A stretch of DNA of 64,000 bases from assembly GCA_963794325.1 (NCBI GenBank), contig CAWCDG010000002.1, positions 288,001 through 352,000 of the forward strand, in the 5' to 3' direction. Every line of letters starts with the position of its first letter. Positions within the stretch are counted from its first letter, which is position 1. This DNA is from an uncultured delta proteobacterium. Its GTDB lineage: Bacteria > Desulfobacterota > Binatia > Binatales > Binataceae. Under the pieces are notes generated by a model. That model searched no databases, had not been told where the DNA came from, and saw nothing but the letters and a program-made list of their open reading frames with translations. The position numbers and the translations under genes are program-made. Shown here piece after piece: positions 1 to 8,157 of this stretch.

Positions 1-1172
1 ACGGTTGGTTTGCGGAAAGTCCGGTACGTGCGCCCTTCGGCGAGGCCGAAGCGGTTGAGCATCCGGTAAACCGTATAGCGCGATACGCCCAGCAACTCGG
101 CAGCCCGATGGCAATTGCCCTCAGTTGCCTGCAACGCGCGAATCAGCGCGAGCTTTGAGGCTTCGCGAATCACCGCGTCGAGCGAGTAGGGCCACTCTTT
201 CGCAGGGGCGCTCCCGCTGGCCTCTGCCAGGTCAGGTTCGCCACCCGCTAGCATCGCTTCGACAGGCATCCCGACCGCCTCGGGGGTCGCATCGTCGTGA
301 TTGAAAGGCAGGTCGTCGATATCGATCCGATCGTTCTCGGTCATCAGGACCGCGCTCTCGATTGCGTGGCCGAGCTCGCGGACATTACCAAGCCACTGGT
401 TGGCGCATATTGTGTCCAGCGCCGCGCGCGATACTTCTTTTACGTCCTTGCCGAACAGTCGATTGTAGTGCTCGATGAAATGAGCGACGAATGCCGGGAT
501 TGCCTCGCGCCGTTCGCGCAGCGGGGGAACCAGGATCGCGGCCGCATTGAGCCGGTAGTACAGGTCGTCGCGGAATTGACCCGCCTTGACCATCGCGCGC
601 AGATCGCGATTGGTCGCCGCGACCAGCCGAATATCAACCGAGTAGGAACGTGACGAACCGACCGGCTGGATCTCGTGAGTCTCGACTGCGCGCAGCAGCT
701 TGGGCTGCAGGCGCAGCGGGAGCTCGCCGATTTCGTCCAGGAACAGCGTCCCGCCATTGGCCGAGCGAAAATAGCCGAGCGAATCTTCGCGAGCGTCGGT
801 GAAAGCACCGCGAACGTGTCCGAAGAGCTGCGATTCAGCCAGGGTCTCGACCAGGTTCGAGCAGTTGAAGGTCACGAACGGGCCGCCCGGCGCAGAGCCG
901 AGAGTATGAAGCGCTCGCGCGACCAGCTCCTTGCCGGTCCCGGACTCACCGTGAATGAGAACAGTAGCCTTGTATGGACTCAAGCGTGAAATGGTTTTCA
1001 ATACCTTGCGCACTTGCGCCGACCGCACCACCATTCCGCCCACCCGCTCCGACCCGTGCGCAAGATGCTCCAGGCTGAACCACTCGCACGCGGCATCCGT
1101 CGGTGCGGCGCGAAGATTATCCATCGCAGCCGCGACCGGCGATCCGTTCGCCGAGTACTCTTGAAGGCGCAT
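1..1172 (-). CDS. sigma54-dependent activator (AAA+ plus Fis-type HTH, no receiver domain); 3' end runs off the window
   Basis: Not in the ORF track; translated by hand from ATG at 1172, with GGAGAAGG RBS upstream. Contains GESGTGKELVARALH, SQLFGHVRGAFTDA, GGTLFLDEIGEL and a C-terminal HTH (GNCHRAAELLGVSRYTVYRML). Frame is open to base 1. Confidence 0.92.
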   Translation of the reverse strand, partial: MRLQEYSANGSPVAAAMDNLRAAPTDAACEWFSLEHLAHGSERVGGMVVRSAQVRKVLKTISRLSPYKATVLIHGESGTGKELVARALHTLGSAPGGPFVTFNCSNLVETLAESQLFGHVRGAFTDAREDSLGYFRSANGGTLFLDEIGELPLRLQPKLLRAVETHEIQPVGSSRSYSVDIRLVAATNRDLRAMVKAGQFRDDLYYRLNAAAILVPPLRERREAIPAFVAHFIEHYNRLFGKDVKEVSRAALDTICANQWLGNVRELGHAIESAVLMTENDRIDIDDLPFNHDDATPEAVGMPVEAMLAGGEPDLAEASGSAPAKEWPYSLDAVIREASKLALIRALQATEGNCHRAAELLGVSRYTVYRMLNRFGLAEGRTYRTFRKPT

Positions 1173-1629
1173 CTTTGGTTCCTTCTCCGCTGCTAGACTT
1201 CGACCTACAACTAGTTACTAAATCTTCTCTACTAGTTGTAGGGTTTTGGATATAATCGAGTAGCGCCTGGTGTGTCAAGCCGTTGTGCCCCGATTTTACC
1301 GGCTGTCTCTAGCACAAGCGAGTTCCCTCGTGTTCTGTTACCCAAGGTTCCTCCCATCATGACGACCGGCGGCCAATGATGCCGCGGTTTCGAACTTATC
1401 GATAGCCTAGGCTTCCTTACGCTCTCAGCTATCGGCCCGACGACTCGAGCCCCGGCAATCATCCCCCTTAACCGACTGAAAGATCAAGCTTTCCATACGT
1501 TATCCACAGCTCTGAAATCGGCGAAGCGTTGACCTTATATTTCACGATCATCCTGAAAATGTTCAGGTTTATTATCGGATTCTCGATAGTCGAGCGCGCC
1601 CACGATTGCTATTAATAGCGTCGGAGGAA

Positions 1630-2028
1630 ATGAAGATGCGAACCCTGGTGATCATCGCTCGCGTTCTCTTGGGCCTGGTGTTCTTTGTCTTCGGGTTGAA
1701 CGGCTTTCTGCACTTTATGCCAAATCCGCCGCCAACACCTGCCGCGGGGGAATTTTTTGGCGCATTGTTCAAGACCGGATACATGTTCTCTTTGATCTTT
1801 GGACCGCAGGTTTTAGGCGGAGCATTGCTTCTGCTCGGTGTAGCGGTGCCCTTTGCCTTGGTGATTCTGGCGCCGGTGATCGTGAATATCATCGCGTTCC
1901 ACCTCTACCTCTCGCCGGTGCCGGCGCAGTTGGTGATCGCATTCATCGTCGTCGCGCTCGAGCTGTTCCTGGCGTGGTACTATCGCTCCGCGTTCGCCTC
2001 GCTGTTCGGCGGAGCACCGCAACCGTGA
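1630..2028 (+). CDS. DoxX-family membrane protein
   Basis: GGAGGA RBS before ATG 1630; ARVLLGLVFFVFGLNGFLHF pattern; four hydrophobic segments. Confidence 0.8.
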   Translation: MKMRTLVIIARVLLGLVFFVFGLNGFLHFMPNPPPTPAAGEFFGALFKTGYMFSLIFGPQVLGGALLLLGVAVPFALVILAPVIVNIIAFHLYLSPVPAQLVIAFIVVALELFLAWYYRSAFASLFGGAPQP

Positions 2029-2122
2029 AGGGCTCGCGGCGACCCAGGACTGTAAGCGATCCTGGAATCGCGACTGTTTTCAATACTTCGCATTCCTGTA
2101 AGCATGCAAATTAGGCAACACC

Positions 2123-2353
2123 ATGAGACGGAACATTGTCGCTCGCGGAAAGTTCTCAGACCCACGGCACATAGAGCTTACGAAACCGGTGCCCAAAATC
2201 CGGGGTGAGGTGGAAATCACAATCCGGCAACTGCCGAAAAGTCGAACCCCCGACGTATTTAAAATTATTGCGGCGTTTGGCCCTGGATCACGATCCAAAG
2301 CTGAGATCGACCAGCAGATCCACGAGGAGCGCGCCTCGTGGGATTATCGATGA
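2123..2353 (+). CDS. putative antitoxin of a VapBC pair
   Basis: 76 aa, ATGA overlap with the downstream PIN gene, C-terminal EIDQQIHEERASW typical of VapB-like partners. Confidence 0.7.
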   Translation: MRRNIVARGKFSDPRHIELTKPVPKIRGEVEITIRQLPKSRTPDVFKIIAAFGPGSRSKAEIDQQIHEERASWDYR

Positions 2354-2763
2354 GCCGCATCTATCTTGATGCGTGCTCCATAATCCACCTGGTCGAAGCC
2401 GAGAGTCCCTTCCACGCAGTAGTCGTCCGCCGCCTGCTGCAACATCAAACCAATCCAGCGTCGCGACTATTGACTTCGCGTTTGTCACGTCTGGAGTGTC
2501 GAACACGGCCCATCAGAGACAACGATCGCAGGCTCCTCGCATCGTATGACAAGTTTTTCGGAGCGAACCGGATGCTGATTGTGGAGATAACTGCCGAGAT
2601 CGTCGAGAGCGCCACAACATTGCGCGCGCGCCATGGATTCAAGACACCAGACGCGATCCATCTGGCGTCGGCAATCGAAGAGAAGGCCGATGTCTTTTTG
2701 ACGGGGGACAGTTCTCTATCTCGATGCCCCGATATCGCAGTCGACGTCCTCGAAGGCGGCTGA
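2350..2763 (+). CDS. vapC: PIN-domain ribonuclease toxin (VapC family)
   Basis: IYLDACSII N-terminus and TPDAIHLASA...FLTGD acidic PIN motifs. Confidence 0.88.
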   Translation: MSRIYLDACSIIHLVEAESPFHAVVVRRLLQHQTNPASRLLTSRLSRLECRTRPIRDNDRRLLASYDKFFGANRMLIVEITAEIVESATTLRARHGFKTPDAIHLASAIEEKADVFLTGDSSLSRCPDIAVDVLEGG

Positions 2764-2868
2764 GGTATCATTGCCTTCGGGCGGCGACTCGAACCCCTGG
2801 GCCATTTGGAGTCCAGAGTCTATTTCCAACGCTTTGAATTACCTGTAAGCATTGGAATCCCCTCAGGC

Positions 2869-2941
2869 GAGCCGGTAGCTCAGGTGGTAGAGCATGTGAC
2901 TTTTAATCACAGGGTCCTGGGTTCAAGTCCCAGCCGGCTCA
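2869..2941 (+). tRNA. tRNA-Lys (anticodon TTT), CCA not encoded
   Basis: Cloverleaf: acceptor GAGCCGG/CCGGCTC, anticodon arm TGTGA-CTTTTAA-TCACA, T loop GTTCAAGT. Confidence 0.97.
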
Positions 2942-3044
2942 CTCAAAACCCTTTTGGATTCAATGCTTTGTAGCGCTTCAAATGACCACGCGATTGGCAG
3001 GATGCGAAAACTGTAACAGTTTGTAAAACTTTTGAGGGCGGACG

Positions 3045-3082
3045 AAAAAAGCGCGCGCAGCGTTCACACGACTGCGCGCGCT
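3045..3082 (-). terminator. intrinsic terminator-like hairpin
   Basis: AGCGCGCGCAG/CTGCGCGCGCT stem preceded by A6, which reads as a U-tract on the minus strand. Confidence 0.6.
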
Positions 3083-3163
3083 CTTGCGTGTCGTTAGGCG
3101 CCGGCGGCGCGGCACGAGAGCCGTCCGGGTCGAGAAAAACGAAAGTCAGAGAAGGAGAGAGTC

Positions 3164-3526
3164 ATGTTTGATCACATCATGCTTAAGGTGAAGGACCTCA
3201 ACTCGAGCAAGCGCTTCTACAGCGCCGCGCTGGCGCCGCTTGGCTTCAGCGTGCAGTACGACGCGGACGGAATAGTGGTCTTTGGCCCCAAGGACGCGCC
3301 CGCCTTGTGTTTGGCCAAGGGCGAACCGACCGGACCTGTCCATCTTGCATTCGTGGCCAAGAACCGCGCTGCCGTGAAGGCGTTCTACGATGCCGCTCTG
3401 CCCGCCGGCGGCAAGGACAACGGCAAGCCCGGTCTCCGTCCCCAATATTCCGCCAACTACTACGGCGGCTTCGTGAAGGATCCCGACGGCAACAACATAG
3501 AAGCCGTTTGCCATCAGGAAGAATAG
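3164..3526 (+). CDS. VOC/glyoxalase-family protein (island cargo)
   Basis: MFDHIMLKV...HLAF...YYGGFVKDPDGNNIEAVC; AAGGAG RBS. Confidence 0.9.
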   Translation: MFDHIMLKVKDLNSSKRFYSAALAPLGFSVQYDADGIVVFGPKDAPALCLAKGEPTGPVHLAFVAKNRAAVKAFYDAALPAGGKDNGKPGLRPQYSANYYGGFVKDPDGNNIEAVCHQEE

Positions 3527-3551
3527 CGAGGCTACGGGACTGCCTTGTTAC

Positions 3552-3796
3552 TTACGCGCTCTTGCGCTGCGGAAGCTGGGCGGCCACCTTCGGTTCTTCC
3601 TGAGCGCGCTCGCGCACATAGCTCGCGAGCTTCGCTGACGCAGCTTCGAGGTCCCGCTTGTCGAGGATGTCGTATCGGTCGAAAATGCTGCGCGTCTTGT
3701 GCCCCGTGAAACCCATCGCCACGCTCTCGCTGACGCCTGCACGAACGAGATTGCGAACGGCTGAGCGGCGCAGGTCGTGAATGACCAGACGGCCAA
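3552..3796 (-). pseudogene. tyrosine integrase C-terminal remnant
   Basis: [16 protein letters not shown]...[12 protein letters not shown] (HxxR, H and Y catalytic residues); only ~80 codons remain. Confidence 0.85.
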
Positions 3797-3938
3797 GCGA
3801 GCGACGCTGGTCGCGGAGAAGGTCGATACTGCTGGCCGTCACGTTCGCCAAATTGAACTGTGCGCGCAGCACTGCCAAATCGTCATCGAGCGCGAGCGAG
3901 CGCGCGGGCTTGAGATTAGCGACAGACGCGACGAGTAG
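3795..3938 (+). pseudogene. 3' remnant of a small hypothetical gene
   Basis: Manual translation [47 protein letters not shown]; no start codon; a diverged copy lies at 4826-4880. Confidence 0.5.
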
Positions 3939-4094
3939 CGCGCGCAGTCTTTCGCGTTGAGCGTCTGAAAATGGTTTCGCAAATATCGCGATTGGTTGAG
4001 CAAAAAATAAGGCACACTCGGCTCACCGTTAGTGGGTGCATGTTTTACCGAGCGTGCCGACGGCTCCAGAGGGGGAGAATACCAGAGCCAATTC

Positions 4095-4379
4095 TTACTT
4101 CGAGTGAAGTTCGGTCAGTCTGTTGCGGACCTCGTTGTCGAAAGCCATCGGTGCGCCCGGACATAGCTCGCCGAGCCATTGCGTACTGATGTGATCCGGT
4201 AGTCTTCGAAAGCTGAATACTGAGACGTGAACTGCCCATCTTTCCCCTGACAGGGACTCGACGAAATCACGTCCGCAACGGGAGCAATGATGTTGGCGGA
4301 GCGGTTTGTCGGGCTCGATCTCTACTTGGCGAGGTTTCGGACTAGACCACTGATGGCTGTTCCACGCGTCGCGACTCAT
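4095..4379 (-). CDS. small hypothetical protein with a CxxC motif
   Basis: Strong AGGAGGG RBS; HHCSRCGRDF plus a later Cys. Confidence 0.65.
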   Translation of the reverse strand: MSRDAWNSHQWSSPKPRQVEIEPDKPLRQHHCSRCGRDFVESLSGERWAVHVSVFSFRRLPDHISTQWLGELCPGAPMAFDNEVRNRLTELHSK

Positions 4380-4600
4380 GGGAAAGTCCCTCCTAGTTTC
4401 AGGCTTTTGCGACGGGATCTTCTAAAGTTTTTATAATGCAAACGCAAATTCAGTTCAAGAGAAGTGAGAGAACGACAAAAATTGTCCTTCAGAGAACAAA
4501 TATTTATCCACAACTAGCGATAAAACTACGCTCAGGTTGGTAACGGCAAGAACCTTCCGGTTGTGGTAGCACTCAGCCACAGATCGGCTACCGTTCGTTT

Positions 4601-4783
4601 ATGCGATGCCTGCTATGTGGTCAGAAGTCGCCTATCGAAGCGAAGATCGACCAGTTCCCGCTCAGCGAGCGGGTGCGGAAGATGCTCGAAAGGGAGTTCG
4701 GCATTGCGCATGAAAACGGAGTCTGCCGCGAATGTCTGGCCCTTCCGGCTGCCGATCGCTTGGTCCGTCCTCATCCGGCATAG
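4601..4783 (+). CDS. putative small zinc-binding protein
   Basis: MRCLLCG...VCREC paired CxxC motifs; no clear RBS. Confidence 0.45.
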   Translation: MRCLLCGQKSPIEAKIDQFPLSERVRKMLEREFGIAHENGVCRECLALPAADRLVRPHPA

Positions 4784-5063
4784 TCCGCACTGGTCCGCGA
4801 TCCCACTTTGTTCCGGCTTGTCCCGAATCGTCGTCGAGCGCGAGCAAGCTCGCGGGCTTGAGGTCAGCGACTGACACGACAAATTGCCAGTCCTCCTCAA
4901 CCCGCGCGCGAGGTTTGCAAGGGCCAAATTGTAATAGATTGTAAAGCTTTTGACGCGAGACGCTCAGCAATCGACAGATGCCGAGAGCAGCGCAAGAGCA
5001 AAAAGCCTATAGAAATCAGACTGAAAGCGACCGAGCGCAATCTTGCGCGAACGTGTGCTATTT

Positions 5064-5107
5064 CTTTTAATCACAGGGTCCTGGGTTCAAGTCCCAGCCG
5101 GCTCACT
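5064..5107 (+). repeat. att direct repeat (copy of the tRNA-Lys 3' half)
   Basis: CTTTTAATCACAGGGTCCTGGGTTCAAGTCCCAGCCGGCTCACT, identical to 2900-2943. Confidence 0.97.
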
Positions 5108-5230
5108 ATTAATTCCGTTCAGAATCGACCAAGGCTGGCGGTCGCAGTCGATGTACTTGCAACTTTTCCCGCACTTGGGTAACGCTCAAAGCGTTTCCGA
5201 TCAATTCTGATCAATTTTGGAGTTTGGCCG

Positions 5231-7066
5231 ATGAATGATGCAGAAAAGGTTTCGTCCACCACCAACAGCCAGCAAGAATTCGATTTCGATCCTGAATCCC
5301 TTCGCGCCAAGTATCGCGAGGAGCGCGACAAGCGCCTGCGACCCGACGGCAACGATCAGTATGTCGAGGTGAAGGGCGATTTCAGCCGCTACGTCGATGA
5401 TCCCTATGTCGATCCCGGCTTTACCCGCGAACCCCTGAACGACGCGGTTGACGTCGTGATCATCGGCGGCGGCTTCGGCGGGCTGTTGGCAGGCGCGCGT
5501 CTGCGCGAGGCCGGCGTCAAAGATATTCGCGTCATCGAGAAGGGCGGCGACTTCGGCGGGACCTGGTACTGGAACCGCTATCCCGGCGCGCAATGCGATA
5601 TCGAATCGTACATCTATCTGCCGCTGCTCGAGGAGACCGGCTATATCCCGAAAGAGAAATACTCGTACGCGCCGGAAATTCTGGCGCACGCGCGGCGTAT
5701 CGGCGAGCAGTTCGATCTGTATCGCGACGCCTGCTTTCAGACTCAAATCGAGGCACTCACCTGGAGCGAGGACGAGTGCCGGTGGATCGTAACCACCAAC
5801 CGCGACGACCGGATGCGCGCGCGTTTCGTCGTGATGTCCAATGGGCCGTTGAATCGGCCGAAGCTGCCCGCGATTCCAGGTATCGACAGCTTCAAGGGCC
5901 ACACTTTCCACACCAGCCGCTGGGATTACGGATATACCGGCGGCGATACCAACGGGAATCTGCACAAGCTCGGCGACAAGCGCGTCGCGGTTATCGGCAC
6001 CGGCGCGACGGCCGTCCAATGCGTCTCGTTTCTCGCGAAGTACGCGAAGCATCTGGACGTGTTCCAGCGCACGCCCTCATCGATCGACGAACGTGGGAAT
6101 CGTCCGACCGACCCCGAATGGGTAAAGACGCTGAAGCCCGGATGGCAGAAGCATCGGATGGAAAATTTCAATTCGCTGGTCTCGGGCGGCTTCCAGGACC
6201 AGGACCTCGTCAACGACGGATGGACCGACATCATCCGCAACCTCGGCGGGTTGCTCATCGCGAGGAACAATACCAACTCCGAGATTTCGCCGGCGGAGAT
6301 TATGCGCCTGGCCGAGATCGCGGATTTCAAAAAGATGAATCAGATCCGCGCGCGCGTGGACGCGATTGTGAAAGACAAGCGGACCGCCGAGGCGCTGAAG
6401 CCGTGGTATCGACAGTTCTGCAAGCGCCCGACCTTCAATGACGAGTATCTGCCCGCGTTCAACCGGCCGAACGTCACGCTGGTCGATACGATGGGCCGCG
6501 GCGTCGATCGCATCACCGAGAAAGGGCTGGTCTTCGACGGCGTCGAGTACGAGGCCGACTGCATCATCTTCGCCACCGGATTCGAAGTGGGCACGGCCTA
6601 CACGCGGCGCGCGGGCTTCGAGGTTTACGGCCGCGGCGGGAAGGCGCTTTCGGAGAATTGGGCGAACGGCCTGAAAACGCTGCACGGCTTCTGCAGCGTC
6701 GGATTCCCGAACTGCTTCCATATGGGCATCACACAGAATGCTCTGACGGCGAACTTTCCCCACATGCTCGAGGAGCAGTCGCGCCACATAGCCGAGCTTA
6801 TCAAGCATGCAAAATCGCAAGAGGCTCGATGCATCGAGCCCACCGTCGAGGCCGAAACGGAGTGGGTGGCGACCATCAAAGAGAAGGCGATGAACAACCA
6901 GGATTTCCTGGAGGCGTGTACGCCCGGCTACTACAACAACGAAGGCAAGCCCGAAAAAGGCTTCGGCCTCGCCGGCGAGCTATACGGCGGCGGCCCCGTC
7001 GAGTTCCACGAGCTGATCAAGCGATGGCGCGAAGACGGCGAAATGAAGGGTTTGCGATTTAGCTAA
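5231..7066 (+). CDS. type I Baeyer-Villiger monooxygenase
   Basis: GGGFGG and GTGATA Rossmann motifs, GGTWYWNRYPG, fingerprint FKGHTFHTSRWD (FxGxxxHxxxW). Confidence 0.93.
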   Translation: MNDAEKVSSTTNSQQEFDFDPESLRAKYREERDKRLRPDGNDQYVEVKGDFSRYVDDPYVDPGFTREPLNDAVDVVIIGGGFGGLLAGARLREAGVKDIRVIEKGGDFGGTWYWNRYPGAQCDIESYIYLPLLEETGYIPKEKYSYAPEILAHARRIGEQFDLYRDACFQTQIEALTWSEDECRWIVTTNRDDRMRARFVVMSNGPLNRPKLPAIPGIDSFKGHTFHTSRWDYGYTGGDTNGNLHKLGDKRVAVIGTGATAVQCVSFLAKYAKHLDVFQRTPSSIDERGNRPTDPEWVKTLKPGWQKHRMENFNSLVSGGFQDQDLVNDGWTDIIRNLGGLLIARNNTNSEISPAEIMRLAEIADFKKMNQIRARVDAIVKDKRTAEALKPWYRQFCKRPTFNDEYLPAFNRPNVTLVDTMGRGVDRITEKGLVFDGVEYEADCIIFATGFEVGTAYTRRAGFEVYGRGGKALSENWANGLKTLHGFCSVGFPNCFHMGITQNALTANFPHMLEEQSRHIAELIKHAKSQEARCIEPTVEAETEWVATIKEKAMNNQDFLEACTPGYYNNEGKPEKGFGLAGELYGGGPVEFHELIKRWREDGEMKGLRFS

Positions 7067-7068
7067 TC

Positions 7069-7100
7069 AAAAAGCAGGGGCCGGCTGCGAGCCGGCCCCT
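7069..7100. terminator. hairpin terminator between convergent genes
   Basis: AGGGGCCGGC/GCCGGCCCCT 10-bp stem with an A-run on the left. Confidence 0.7.
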
Positions 7101-7157
7101 CGGATGACTAAAGTTAGTCCGTCGCCGCTTTCGCGGCGTCCGAATTCACTCTATCTC

Positions 7158-7529
7158 TTAGCTGATGTCTGACAGCGTGCCCTTCCAGGTTCGCGCGGCC
7201 AAATCGATCTCGCCCGTGCTGGAGAGTCGGCGGCCGTCGGAGATCTGGATGACCGACTGCGTGGACCACCGGTGTTTGGCCTTGCTCTCGTAGGTCCCTT
7301 GACCGACGCCGCTGAGGACGTCGCCATTGTCGAGATATGCCGACCCGACCTGGCTGAACGTTCCGTCCCTGCCGCCGCCGACGAAGGTGGAGGTGTCGAA
7401 GATCGCTCCGAATCCTGCGCCCGACCCTTCGAAATTAACCTGGACGAGAACGCTGCCGGCCGGTCCGGGTGTGTTGGTTTGAGTGACCATTTTGAGCGAA
7501 AATTCGCCGATTGGCTTGCCTGACGCCAT
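7158..7529 (-). CDS. hypothetical beta-rich protein
   Basis: ATG 7529 (MASGKPIGEF) with GAGAGG RBS; Gly/Thr/Ser-rich strands. Confidence 0.65.
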   Translation of the reverse strand: MASGKPIGEFSLKMVTQTNTPGPAGSVLVQVNFEGSGAGFGAIFDTSTFVGGGRDGTFSQVGSAYLDNGDVLSGVGQGTYESKAKHRWSTQSVIQISDGRRLSSTGEIDLAARTWKGTLSDIS

Positions 7530-7676
7530 TTGTTTCGACCTCTCTATGTTAGGGGAAGTTAACGAATCTAGACCCTCCTTAATGACCCTATTCGAGCCAA
7601 AGAGCAAACGGCCCCTGATGCCAAAAATCCTTCTGCCGGGCGCGACAGGTGACAAATAGTAGACGCGGAGATCGCG

Positions 7677-8042
7677 TCAGGATCTAGGCTTCGCTGAGAT
7701 CCCCATCACCGGGCGCACCTCGATGCTGCCGTGCTTCGCCATCGGGATCTTCGAGGCCAGCTCGATCGCCTCGTCCATATCCTTGGCCTCAACGAGAATG
7801 AAGCCGCCCAACTGCTCCTTGGTCTCGGCGAACGGGCCGTCCATGATGGACAACTTGCCTTTACGAACGCGCAGAGTTTTGGCCGTGGTCGCAAGCTGCA
7901 AGGCGTCGGACGCAATGTAGTGCCCGCTCTTGCGCAACTTTTCATCGTAAGCGATCGAGTCGCGGTTGAGCGTAGTCCCCTCGGCCGGTGACAGCATTTC
8001 CATATTCTTCAGTTCCAGGTAAACGGCGCACAAATATCGCAT
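7677..8042 (-). CDS. YciI-family protein
   Basis: DGPFAETKEQLGGF...IEVRP signature. Confidence 0.9.
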   Translation of the reverse strand: MRYLCAVYLELKNMEMLSPAEGTTLNRDSIAYDEKLRKSGHYIASDALQLATTAKTLRVRKGKLSIMDGPFAETKEQLGGFILVEAKDMDEAIELASKIPMAKHGSIEVRPVMGISAKPRS

Positions 8043-8157
8043 AGGTAATCTCCATAGCGCTCGAGTTTGTCGCACACTATCCAGTCGTTCGGTGAATACG
8101 AAAATCGACACTGCGATTGTTCCGCATCTCGCATGAGGTTAGCTTTCGTTCGGCATC

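Larger units (their letters stand above)
2900..5107. mobile_element. decayed integrative element (mini-island) at tRNA-Lys
   Basis: Identical 44-bp repeat of the tRNA 3' half at 2900-2943 and 5064-5107, with a tyrosine integrase remnant inside. Confidence 0.9.

Noticed and set aside
2771-2805. Possible minus-strand tRNA fragment (GGGGTTCGAGTCGCC)
   Set aside because: The T-stem pairs poorly and there is no acceptor or anticodon arm; a GCC-TTCG-GGC hairpin after vapC explains it equally well
5064-5107. Second tRNA-Lys gene
   Set aside because: Only the 3' half is present, so it is an att site
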